Shown piece after piece: positions 46,062-60,857 of a stretch of 64,000 bases of DNA. The notes under the pieces are model-generated. The model saw nothing but the letters and a program-made list of their open reading frames with translations. It ran no database searches and was not told the origin of the DNA. Where the stretch lies: NCBI RefSeq assembly GCF_009914755.1, contig NC_060930.1, one strand, 5' to 3'. A program made the translations under genes and the position numbers. Numbering within the stretch: the stretch's first letter is position 1; every line of letters starts with the position of its first letter. The stretch comes from the human T2T-CHM13v2.0 reference genome, Homo sapiens.

Positions 46062-47007
46062 GTAATGTTTATCTGATGAACTCTTGTGTCCAGAAGGAAG
46101 CATTACCTGGGCCTGACTATAAAGGTGACTCCTGAGCCCCAAAAGAATAGTTCACAGCCACATTATAAACTTTCAATTGACTGCACCTACCTCAGGAGAT
46201 CTGATCTCTACGTAGGGCAATACTTTTCTATAACAGAAGTCTCTTGAGAGTATGGACACTAGAAAAATATCTCTACTCTCTGAACTCTTATTGCATTTTC
46301 TCTTCTCTACAACAAATTGTGTGAGACTCTCATAAACTGCATTTTTTTCAAAAGCACTTTTGGAAGTACCATTACTGCTAAAGGCCACTGTACATGAAGT
46401 CAGAGCTCCTTGAAGGCATGAATAGTGTCTTATTTGACTTTGACCCTCCCTCCATACCGTAAAGCTGCTGACCACTCAACACACACACAAAGCCTGTCTT
46501 GGTGCTTTAATCACAACTGACACCCAATAAACATTTGATTAATAAAGACCTACTATATTATTCTTCTCTCGAATTTTTTCAGCATCACACAAGTAGACAT
46601 TTTATTTTATATGGCTTAATTTAAACACTATTTTACACACTATTTCTGTACTATTTAATTCAAATGTCTTTATCACTCAACAAAACAGTAAAACCAGGAG
46701 ATGAAGGATGATGCCTGTTGTTTTGTATCTTAGGCAGTGTCTTAAATGTAACACGTACTAAATAAAGACAATGACAACCACAGCATTCCAACAAATACAT
46801 AGGAATGTGTATAACTCTTCAGAACATGTTTAAAAAAAAACAAAAACAAAAACATGGAACTGACAAAGGTAATGCCACAGTTTGCTTTCAAGGGTATGGA
46901 TATTTTTCACATTCCCCAACCTGACAGGCAGGTCTTTGCCCCATAGATTTACCAATGATCATATAATTGCCAGATTAATTCAGTGTTATATGACTTGCTA
47001 CAAATTA

Positions 47008-47352
<345 letters not shown>

Positions 47353-48308
47353 TTAAAGATAATTAGACTCAACAAATGGGTATAAAACTCCCTATTTAAG
47401 GCCATGTGCTAACAGCTGAGGATATAAAGGTAAGAGGCGGTACCTAACCTTAAAGTGTTTACAACGCTATGAGATGTCTTCTCCAGGTAGTTCAAGGGAG
47501 ACAGCCAAGAAGAGACTTCAAGTCCCTTAAAATGCTCATTCTTTTCTAAGAGTAACGATGCTTGTTCATAGTGATAGATAATATATAAATTATTTTCATG
47601 ATAAGAATAATGAACTGTCTATAATCAATGAAGATCAAATGGGGGAAAATGACTTCAAATATAAGGAGAAACTTCACTTAAATATAAGATTATTTGATCA
47701 CTCAAGAAGTTAAAGACTAGAGTATATTCCAAAGACTGTCTGCATCCCTGGAGATCTGTAGGGTGTGAAGTGACAATTATTTTCTTGTTTTGATAGAGCA
47801 CAAGAACAACTGATGTTCAAAGATCTTTTGCTGGCCTATGAAATTACAGAACAACATATATATTGCAAGAGAAGTGGGGAGATTACATATCTAAAACATT
47901 AGTGAGCAATATGGAATTCTTGAGCACTAGTTTCTGTATTTCCAGACTTTCTAGGTGAACTGCAGATAACTGGAAACAACTTAAAAAGCTTTGCATTGCA
48001 TTACTAATGACTCAAAGTAATAATGTCATGAAAGACAAAGCTCAAGTTGGTACAATTCATTTCACTGCTAATTGCATTGTTAATTGTGATTATCAAAAGA
48101 AATGCACTACAATACCGCACTTAACTTAGCATTTAGGTAATTTACTGTTACCTAAATCTGGCCAAGAATACAGCCAGTTAAAATAATCTTCTATCTAATA
48201 TAGTACATAAGTATTACATATGTAAAGTAGTGAGCATAATCAACTGCCAGTAAATACATTAACTTTCTATTTTTAAAAAAACTTACGTAAAAGCTGGATT
48301 ATTGGCTA

Positions 48309-49356
48309 TGTCAATTGGAAATCATTCTTTTCCAAATAACAGTAAGCTTAACCAACAGCAGCTTAAATATGTAGGTAGTTATTTTTCTCAATTAAAATGA
48401 CTGTCAGTAGGTGGTTGCTAGGATGGGTTTAGCTGCTCATTGCTATAACCAAGGACCACTATCTTTTTACCTTACAGCCCTGCTTTTCATGTTTATACTT
48501 GTTACCTTGTTGTCAGAGGATCACTGCCATACTTTTCAACTCAAATCAACATTAAATCAGAAAGAAAAGGGTGATGCACCACCACTTGTCACTTTTATAA
48601 AAAAAAAAAAAAAAGCAAGAGGTCCTCAGCATGCATTTAATTACTTACCTTTAACCAGAAGAACTCTGTCACATACCTACCCCTAATTATTAGGGAGATT
48701 TAAAAAGTAAATAGTTGATCCTTATTATTTGCAATCCCGTATTTGTGAATCAGCCTACTCACCAAAATTTACTTGTAACCCCAAAATCAGTACTTGCTGT
48801 GTTTTCATGATCATTAACAAACATGTAGAGCAGTGAAAAATCTGAGTAGCTGATACACATATTCCCAGCTAAGGTCTAACAGGGAGACACTCTGCCTTCT
48901 TGTTTCAGCTCTCACACAGAGATGCCCACCAGAGGACAGAGCTGTGGGGGGCAGTGCAGTGTAGTTCAAGTAGCTCCAGCTCTAGAACCAGCTGAACGAG
49001 TTTGAATCCCAAATCTGGGACCTATTCATGGGGCATCAAAAAGTCAGTTAACACTCTGAACCTCAGTTTCTCTTTTGTTAAATAAAGAGAGACTCTACCA
49101 GGATGAGTAGTTTTCAGGATTAAGATTATATAGCCTACATGAAATGTGTGGGTGTATGTGTGTTTGTTCATATTTTCCTTAGGAGCAATAGTTGAGAATT
49201 TGCTAATTCAGTCATCATGGTGACTTTACAGAATCTAACTACCAAGAATTACAAAAATTGACTGTATTTAGCTTTTCCAGTCTCCTTTATACAGGTAGAC
49301 AGGAGAGGTGTTAGGGAATGAGTGCTTCGTTAGTCAACCTACAAGTGTCTGCCTCA
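48309..49356 (-). mobile_element. Old ERVL LTR (LTR33-like) interrupted by MER82
   Basis: 'cagcagcttaaa..tatttttctca', 'gtcaacctacaagtgtctgcctca'. Confidence 0.5.
48712..49264 (+). mobile_element. MER82-like Tigger element with MIR-like interior
   Basis: 'gttgatcccttattatttgca...acttgtaaccccaaaatca...ctctgccttcttgtttcagctctca' and end 'aattgactg|ta'. Confidence 0.75.
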
Positions 49357-50810
49357 CTGATGACTCACCAGTGTTTTAAGGTGGGTTTTTCCGCCTTTGT
49401 TTTTTGCTTGGCCTAAGCCTCAGTACTTCTCAAAGTTTCCACAAAAGTTCCCCTAAGGTCAGAGAAGACAACCATGTATACCAGAAAGTCTGAGGAGTGT
49501 TTCACAAAGCAGCTTGCTATAAATAGGTATTTCTTTGTGAACTTATATTTTGTCATAAAAATTCATCCCACTTTTTTCATATTTTAAAAAGTATAGTAAA
49601 ATTTTTCGGAAGTTCTGCTTCTACTTCAGGATGTAGAGATCCACAATAACTGTTCTCTCATACCAAACAAAAGTTTAAGCCACCAGAGAAGAAGCATGAA
49701 ACTTTGGGTCAAGACTTTAGCAGAAGTCATCTAAAGCCCAAGACCCCAAAGATACAAGGCAAAGTTTGATTGCATAGGAGGGTAAGGCACATACACAGAG
49801 AAGGTCACACCCCCAAGGCACATGTATGCAGGGCCCACCTAAGATTAAGGTTGAGAACTAAGAAATTTCCATTCTGTCCCCACTGCAAGGCTCACATCCA
49901 ATAACAAGGAACAGCAGTTTACTGCTAGGGGAAGAGCAAGAGCACAGAGAGAAATTCCCTGTCTGTGGTGCAACCCTACAGGCACTGATGAAAGCTATCC
50001 TAAAAGAGCTGGAACACTGAGAAAAACCACCAGTACCAGAGAGCCCATACTAAGCACAAGGTAACATTATTTTCTACTGGAGAAGACTGAAGCCTGGTGT
50101 ACTAAAAATGAATGTAGCAACACCAAAATCCAAAATAGCTCAACTACTGATTGACTCTACCACTCAGTTAGCAGAAGAAATGTGCCTATTTCCAGGAGTA
50201 AACACTCTTTAGCACAATCTATACTGTTCATTTAAAAGCATTATCCAGCATTTCCAAATAAAAAATTATGAAACGCAAAAATACAACCATTACCAAAAGA
50301 TAAAGTTATCAACAAATCTAGTATCAGAGATAATCCAGATGTTGGAAATATTGTATAAATGCTTTAAATTAACTAGTATTAATATGTTAAAGGTCCTAGT
50401 GGAAAAAGGCCCAATATGCAGAGAAGAAGGATTGCAAATGAGAAACAAAACATACAAAAAATATCAAATGAAAGCGCTAAGAATAAAAAACAGAATATCA
50501 GAGATAAATTCATTAGATGACCTTATTAACGGTAAGGACATAGCTAAAGGAAGAATCCAAAAACATAAAGACAAGTGAACAAAAGTGATCTAAACCGATA
50601 AACAAAGGGGAAAAAAAAGACTGAAAGAAAGGGAACAGAGAACACAAGAGCTGTGAGAAAATACTAAATGATCTAACATAGGTAAAACTGTAATCCCAGA
50701 AAGAGAAGAAATAAGATGCATATTGGAGGAAAATATATGTAAAACACATACCTGATAAAAGACGTGTATCTAGACTAAATAAATAAATCTAGACTAAATA
50801 ATGAAATGTA

Positions 50811-51096
50811 GGCCAGGCACAGTGGCTCACGCCTGCAATCCTAGCACTTTGGGAAGCCAAGGCAGGAGAATCACTTGAGCCCAGGAATTCAAGACCAGCC
50901 AAGGTAACACAGGGAGATGTCATCTCTACAAAAAATTTAAAAATTAGCTGGAGGTGGTGGCACACGCTTGTGGTCCCAGCTACTTAAGAAGCTGAGGTGA
51001 CAAGATGGCTTGCATCTGGGAGCTTATGGCTGCAGTGAGCGTGATTGCACTGCTGTACTTCAGCCTGGGTGACATAGTGAGACTCTGTCTCAAAAA
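50811..51096 (+). mobile_element. AluJ
   Basis: 'cacttgagcccagga', 'ggctgcagtgagc'. Confidence 0.9.
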
Positions 51097-51106
51097 GCAG
51101 GGAGAG

Positions 51107-51458
<352 letters not shown>

Positions 51459-52603
51459 TCAGTAAAAGGATAAAACAAAAAGCAAAATCCCCAAAAATAA
51501 AAACTGAGTTTAGGATTTGAATAAACACTTCAAAAATGAAGATATCTGAATGGCTAAGAGGGACATGAAAAGATGTCCAACATGATTAGTCATTAGGGAA
51601 TGCAAATTAAAACAACACTTACACACCATTACATACCCACTAGAATGGCTAAAAGTTAAAAGACTGACAAGAGCAAGTGTTGACGAAGATATGAGTAACT
51701 AGAACTCTCATGCATTGCTTGCAGGGAAGTAAAGTTGTACCCCACTTTGGAAAACACTTTGGCAGTTTTTTAAACAGTAAACATACACTACATGACCAAG
51801 CAATTCCAATTCCACTCTTATACATATACACCCAATAAAGTAATCAAATAATTTTTTAATAAAAAGCCTTAACTTTGAATTGCCAGGAGCACATTAAGAT
51901 CTCTGAAAAGACACAATCTTGTAATATAAGAGTGCTCCTGGGTAGGATTCCTCAAATGGGCTAAGGGCTTAATGGACAGAAGTGTAGGTACTATAAAAGC
52001 TAGCCAAAGTCATTGGTTTCCTCTCACTTTAACCTAATGCATGGCAAGAACAAAGAGGAAAAGAAGTGATAGCAACCGGAAGAATGCTTTCCAAGTATAC
52101 CAAAGTCTGATGGTCTCCTGGAATTTCTCTTGGAACTTTACACCTGGCTCCACTGCTCTGAATGGGCTTACTAAATGATAACTAAGCACTTATCTTTCCT
52201 GTGAAGTTGCTAGAATTCTAATCCCTATGTGAGAGATTAAGATGAAGTCATATTAAGAAACCTTTTTGAAGTAATTTTTGGTAGTAAGGCCAATTGAAGG
52301 CCAATTTTTCTCAACCTTTTTCTGTCTTTGCTTATGTGTTATGTTTTCTGCTTCATAATTAATGTTTTGATCATCTGTATCTTTTGATCAAACTCAACAT
52401 TTTTTATCTTAGGAATTTCACTCAATGAAAACTTCTAGGACACAAGACACTTGTGATTTTGGCTGTTTTTTTTTTTTCTAGCTGGAATAAGGAAAATTTA
52501 GAGGATGAAAAACATTGAGAGAAATATTTACTTAACTTTGATGAAACACAGCAATATCTTCACTCAAGTTTTGACTCCGATACTGGCAAAAGAAGTTCAC
52601 TTC

Positions 52604-52908
<305 letters not shown>

Positions 52909-53061
52909 CAAAGTTCACTTCTTACATCATATGAAAGTGTACCTCTCACCAAAGAATCAATTATGCTCTTTTCCTTTTAGTTTGTTTGGAAAACTGTTTA
53001 CCTGTGTTCTTCAGGGCACTACTGCTTTCTAGGAATCTCACAATTTATGCTAGGATACAGT

Positions 53062-53231
53062 AACGGGCTAAATATCTGTTATCCAAAATGCTTGGGATCG
53101 GAAGTGTTTAGGATTTCAAATTTTCTCGAATTTTGGAATATTTGCATTACACTGGTTCAGCATCCCTAATCCAAAAATGCAAAACCCAAAATGGTCCAAT
53201 GAGCATTTCCTTGAGTGTCACATTGGCACTC
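53062..53231 (+). mobile_element. Tigger4/MER46 (Zombi) fragment
   Basis: 'ttatccaaaatgcttggga..gaagtgttt', 'ccaatgagcatttcc'. Confidence 0.8.
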
Positions 53232-53388
53232 ATGTCTCCCCAAAATGTATAAAAGTAAGCTGTATCCCGACCACCTTGGGCACATGTTCTCAGGACCTCC
53301 TGAGGCTATGTCACAGGTACATCCTTAACCCTGGCAAAATACACTTTCTAAAATGACTGAGACCTGTCTCAGATATTTGGGGATCACA
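53232..53388 (+). mobile_element. MER4-family LTR 3' part
   Basis: 'aaaatgtataaaa..aagctgta.cccgaccaccttgggcacatgttctcaggacctcctgagg'. Confidence 0.8.
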
Positions 53389-56300
53389 CAGTAAATCAGT
53401 AAGACCTAAAGTAAAATCCTGGCTGCATCTGTTTTTAAATTACTTATAAACCCTGAGCCTAAATCTCTAATTCCATGAAGCTCAGGTAAATCTGGGCCAG
53501 AGAAAGTTGGATTCTGGTTGTTTCCAGGTAAAGTGAACACTGTGAGCAATGGGAGGTAAGTATACACGCACCTGGCATAGTATGGGAAAGAAAAGCGTTT
53601 TGCTACCAGAGCTAAGAGCAAAAGAGAAAGCTTAGCTTAAACTGTTAAGGGCCTTCAATGCCATTCAATGTCATAAAGAGACTTAAATTTTTTCAAAAAA
53701 TCAGCCAGGAAGTTGTCAAAAACTGATCAGATTCTGCTGATCTGGTGCTGAAGAAACACAACTGGACTCGTTAATTCCAGTGGCACTGTTGAACTTTGAA
53801 TGAATGACTGATTTTAATGTAGTGATGAGTATGAAGTCTGATTGTAATGGATCAGAGAATTTTAAAAAGGGTGATAAAGGAGCATACAATTAGAGTCCAC
53901 ATATTCTTCTTTATAACTACAAAAACATTCATAAAATTTTAGAGCTGAAATCTAGCCCAACTCATTCATTTACAGATGAGGGAATAAATTAAGCCAAAAT
54001 TAGTGGTATAATTTGGTCTCACATAAACTCCATGGCTGATTTTTTACTACTCAAATGCATTCTTATTTTCAGATTCAACAACTCTGCTGCTGTTACACAT
54101 AATGCAAACCAATTCTTCTGGGGAAATAAAAATCATTCTAAATTATTAAAATTATTCTAAATTATGAGGAATATTAAATTTATACTTAAAATTGTAAAAA
54201 AGGCTCCCAGACAAAATAATCATTTGCTATGATCCAACTGTATGCAGCACTAGATGCTACATTATTCCAAATCAGAATTATTCATTAAAAAAGCATTTAT
54301 TATGTTTATTGTAAGAACTATCCAAAATATTGCTTGAACATAAAAAAAATGTTTTTATATGTTCAGGTCCTATTGTAAACTTGCTTCCAATTTAATATCA
54401 GAGTTTAGAGTCTTTTAAAAGCATTTTGTATAAAAATATCCAATCAAATTATCTGGAGAAATTTGTGGAAAAGCTCTTCAGATTATTCTGCAATAGCTCC
54501 TTGATGAGCAACGTTAATAAATCTAAGAGCTTTTTTCTGTAAAATGTAGTTTTATTATTTTCTAGGCAGAACAGTAATATGTTTAAAATCTCTAAGATTC
54601 ATCCTATGATTTCAAGGACAATAGTCAAAGTATATGAATATAAAATCAGTTAAGAGGATAAACTGCTTGCAATGTCATTTTTTTAACTTACAAAGTTAAG
54701 GTTCAAACCAGTATATAAAGAAGATGCTAAATAAAATTATTTACTTTTGAGTCTGGCAGCTCAAAATAGATCCACAGGGCACAGCCCCAGGGGGTGGGAA
54801 TGGTCACACATTAAGTCAGACTCCTGGAGCTTGCCTTCATACTTCCCACTTCTCTCTTTCAACACAGAAAGTTAATAGTTGCCTCACTTTGATTTAGGAC
54901 AGGCTATGATTTAAAAAAGAACTCTTCGTAGACTTCTAGGTAAGAAAATTTACCTCTTAAAAGTGCAAACTATCAATATTTGTAATAGTTACAGAGATGT
55001 TATTATCGTTCCTAGGGCTGACAGAACAAGAAAAAATCATTTCTGAATAATTCTATAGGCATTGTTCTACACTGGCTGCAAATGAGTCTTGCTGAATTAA
55101 AGACAATTAAAAACTTTGAGCAGTACTTTGTGTTTCCTCAATTTTTTCTGGATTAAAACAAACAGTAACATGAAATTTTCCTCAGTCTACAAATAAAGAG
55201 CATATCCCCACACTCCTTTCTACAGAAAAACCTCTCTGCCCTCTCCAGCCAAATAAAATGTTTATGTTCATTGACTGTTGAATACATCCGCAAATCCCCT
55301 GTAGCTGAAATCAGTTCAGCGAAATTCTGTTTAAGGGAATTAAAGCCCATCTGTGTAGTTTATCATAATCTTTAAAAGGTGTGTTAGTTTATCATCACTG
55401 AAATAAAAATGACTACCAAGGGTGTTTAGGTTCATTTTCTTTTTTTCTTTTTCTTTTTATTTAAAATTCTGAATCTGGTAGAGTTCCTTGAATTTGTGTT
55501 CAGAATGTGAATATGGCAATTGGCTTTTACTTAACTTGGATCCTACAATTACTTTTACTTCCATAGGTCCTAACGTTTCTCCACAGCTGTCATTTCTAAC
55601 TATTAACATAAGAATGCTAGCATAATTTCTCTCTGTTTTCTTTTCCAAAATGCAATGGAATGTCATATAACTTAATTCTGTGATATCATAAGCCCAATAT
55701 TCATGACAATAATTTTAAAATCAAGACACTTCCTTGAGGAATATAGAAAGAACATGGAATCTAGAGCCAAACAAACGTCTTAGTGATATCAAAATGCTAT
55801 GATACAGGCAAGTCAAGTAAGCTCTCTGAGACAGTAACATTCCCTTATCATATTGGCAGTGGAATCAAAAGGACATACTGGTTCTATAAATAGCAAAATG
55901 TTATAAGCATGTTAGCTACTGGTGTATTTTAATTTCTACTAACTGTCCAAATTTCTGAAATGTATTCATTTTTTGTATCTATATTAGTTTTGAGCATGAG
56001 CATTAAGATGATGAAAACAAATTTTTATTTGATCTCAGGGCACTAATTTATCAGAAGATACATAAAATCAAAGAAAAAAGCAATCTGTCATATTATTTTC
56101 TAAAATGAATACCTTATTTAACATTATAAATTGTGCATAAATTTGTACATTCAGTTTTGTTGTTTCTGTGTTTTACAACATAAACAAGGCAAAAATACTC
56201 TTAAGAAATATTTGCTAGAAATAAAGGCAATACCAACACTGAATAAATATAAACAAATATGGTAAGTACACCTACACAGAAATCAGTACATGCTATTTTT

Positions 56301-56497
56301 AATCAAAACCCAAAACCACCATGGTATTTTCATGCCTTATAACTGAAGAGGACCTTTCAAACCAGTGTCCCCAAATTGAACAGTGAGTCACTTCAAGACT
56401 GATAAAAGTAAGATTATGATCTTATGTAATATCAACACCTAGCTGTCATAAAATGCAGACGACTATTTGAAATCATTCCCTTCTGGTAAGGCATTAA

Positions 56498-56816
<319 letters not shown>

Positions 56817-56832
56817 TCCACTCACTTTTTAA

Positions 56833-57171
<339 letters not shown>

Positions 57172-57375
57172 CTATTTTATCTTCATAGTCTATAAAATAT
57201 TATCCTTACATTATCCTCTATTTATCTCTAACAATCCTGACCATCTCAGAGCGTAAACTCTTTGAATCCAGGGAATGCGGCTTGATTTATGATTAAATAG
57301 GAACACAGTTGATGATTTATGATTAAATAGAAACCCAATATGCCTGAAAACAGGAAAAAAAAAGTCTGAAAATAA

Positions 57376-57687
<312 letters not shown>

Positions 57688-58159
57688 CAGATATTTTTAA
57701 AAATTCGTAGTTGAGGAATTATATTGGCTATCCTTCAACAGATAAAAATCTGAAAAATATCAATGAGACAAAAAGTCCTTTATCAAAAACTTCTCAGCTT
57801 CCATATGTGATGAAATAAAGATGCAAACAAAGCGTATAGATTTCCAAGTCCTGGAGAAGGTACATACAAATAATCAAACACTAAACATCCTGATCACACA
57901 CTTAAGAACTCTACTGGTAAATTCTTGGTGGATTTCTTAAAAAAAACACTGTTTTAATATCTATCACCAAAATAAGAATGTTAATTCTTGTTTCTTCACA
58001 TGGTTTAAATTTATGGTTACTACTTGAAATATTATAAATCTTACATAAACTTAAACAGAACATTTTCCCCACTATTTGAGGCACAAACTTAGTATCAAAG
58101 GTAACGTGGTAACCATTACATTTTTGCAATTACAAACACAAGCTCATTTTATTAATAAA

Positions 58160-58340
58160 AGCAGTTAACACAGTACTGAGTATATATCAGGCACTGTGCT
58201 AAGAGCTTCATAAACATAATCTCATTTAATCTACAAAACTAGTGTTTCACAGAGATTACCTGCTTTATCCATGGTCACACACTACAGGAGCAGGATTTAA
58301 ATCAAATCAGGTTTACCAAATTCCAGAGCTGATCTCTTTT
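58160..58340 (-). mobile_element. MIR fragment
   Basis: 'caggcactgtgctaagagcttca..atctcatttaatc'. Confidence 0.65.
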
Positions 58341-59694
58341 TCCTAAGAAAGCCAACCACTTTTCATTAAATGATTTTATCACTGACATCTGACACCTGTA
58401 GTAGATGCAGAAGTTTGATTATTTCTAATGGTTCTAAACCAATAACTGTAAACCATACTCTGTCAACTGAGACTTGGAATCTTGGTGTTGGGGAGAACTT
58501 AACAGCATAGAGCCAGAAAAGGCCACATACATACTTCAAAAGCCTAAGAGATAGATGCTGCAGAGGCATTAACACTTCTTTAAGTCATGCCAATAGCAAA
58601 ATTGAATTTAACTGTCCTCTTCTGGGGGAAGACATCACTGATGCCCCCACCATGTATAATCAAAACAATTTTACAGTACTGCTCACCTTGCAGTATCAAT
58701 ACCTACTTTATTGTTCTACTCACACCACTGCCCTCTGCCTTTTTACTTTTGTGCCCCTGCTGCCCAAAGAGTTACTGGAAAATAGGGCATCTGTTTGTGG
58801 CCACAATGGTTTGCTTGGTGATCTCACCCAGTAATTCTTTCATTCAGGGATAAATAGAATCCACCTGACTCTAACCTTTCAATCTAGCTGACTTCAGCAA
58901 CTAGGCTTCAACATCAAAATGTGAAGAAACCTGAAAAAGACTTTTCAATGTGCAGCTTTTCTTGGCTAAGTACTGAACAGTGGTTACAGTGGTTAAGAGT
59001 CAACAGTTTTAATATGGGTTGTCCCATTAACGTTCTACGTAATCATAGGCAAGATTACCCATTGATGTGATCCTCAGGTTTGTCAACAGGCATAAAGACA
59101 CATTCTAGTGATAAAGCAGAAGTGTATCACCTTTCTCTAAATAAACAAGAAATTAATCTTTTACATCTCTGGAGTTTGGTTCCTCTCTTATGACACAAGG
59201 GTATTTAAGTATATTATTATAAAAGATTCTGACCTCTTTCTTTCAAATCTATAATCTATGCTCCAAATCTAAGATACAGACCATGCGGCAGGTTAAGAAT
59301 CATTGAGCATAAAGTGAGGTGAATAAGAGAAAAATTGGGCAACAGGAACATCAACAGCCATAATGGTGCACAATGCTAACTGCTTAAAACAGCTTTCACT
59401 TTTATGAGCTATAAAACAGCACCTTTACAAAATACTCTAAAAGAGGAACACACAGTCTGTAGTAACATGCTCTATTTTAGAGCAACATCTATAAAAAAGT
59501 TTTATATCTCATCTTCCTGATGTTCTGAAACTAAATTATATTCTCCAAAAGTTTTGCACATATATATACAGAAATTCGGTTAGACTAAATTAGGTATAGA
59601 ATAAAAATAAAAATAGCCATTCTTTGAAATACCTATCTGAAGTATCTTCATTAATTTCTCCTTACACATGATTCATCTAAAATGTCACTTCTAA

Positions 59695-59840
59695 ACCAGG
59701 CATGGTAAATCACGCCTGGAGTCCCAGCTACTCGGGAGGTCAAGGTGAGAGGATCACTTGAGCCCAGGAGTTAAAATCCAGCCTGGGCAACATAGTGAGC
59801 CCTCGTCACTAAAAAAAAAAAAAAAAAAAAAAAAAAATTA
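59695..59840 (+). mobile_element. FLAM Alu monomer
   Basis: Single arm plus poly(A); TSD aaatgtcacttc. Confidence 0.85.
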
Positions 59841-60025
59841 AAAAAATTAAATGTCACTTCCTTGTCCACATTTTTGCTGAATACTAGATTGTTATTTACT
59901 TACATAGAACTTCCTACTATATCACTTAACATCTAATAAAAATTATTTGTTTGTATATATATACCGTATATGTTTGCAGATGTGTGTGTGTGCACATATA
60001 ATCTTTTATTACTAGATTGAACTGC

Positions 60026-60355
60026 TGTATTAGTCCGTTCTCACACTGCTACAAAAAACTGCCCGAGACTGAGTAATTTACAAAGGAAAGAGGTTTAACT
60101 GATTCACAGTTCAGCATGGCTGGGGAGGCCGCAGGAAACTTACAGTCACGGTGAAAGGCGATGGGGAAGCAAGGCACATTCTTCACAAGACAGAAGGAAG
60201 AAGTGCTGAGCAAAGGGGGATCACGAGAACAGCATGGGGGAAACTGCCCCCATGATTCAATTACCTCCACCTGGTCTCTCCCTTCACACGTGGGGATTAT
60301 GAGGATTACAATTCAAGATGAGACATGGGTGTGGACACAAAGCCTAGCCATATCA
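60026..60355 (-). mobile_element. THE1 (C/D-like) solo LTR
   Basis: 'tgtattagtccgttctcacactgcta...caattcaagatgaga..tgggtg.ggacaca..ccatatca'. Confidence 0.9.
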
Positions 60356-60857
60356 GCTCCTAAATGGAAGAGGTTTGGGTCTTTCACCAATCTTCTTATC
60401 TCTAGCAGCAGTACTCATGAGTTTATTAAATAAACTAACAGATTTTGAAGGCATCCTACATGAATACGATACCATGGTGCTAGGCCCTGAGGCAGACTCA
60501 AGTGATATTAAAAAAAAATGGTAATTTTTAGGCTACGTATTATGGAACCCAAAGTTTTATGAAATCCTATTTAGAATTTGGATAAATTATACTAAAAATA
60601 AGCTTATACTGAGAAACAGATAACTCCATGATTCAAAGCTTCTCATTATAGATACCAGTTATTCTCATGTGACATCAAGGTTATTGCTAGACTGGCTGAT
60701 TTCCTTTGAATTACTTTAGAATCTTTGGGAAGAAGGTGAAGGGAATTTCTTCCTAGCAGATATCTCCAATATAACTGAATTTATTTTGTATCTCCCAAGC
60801 AATGACTCAATCTGATTGCTCACCTTGGTCCATGATTGGTATTTAAAACTATATCTT

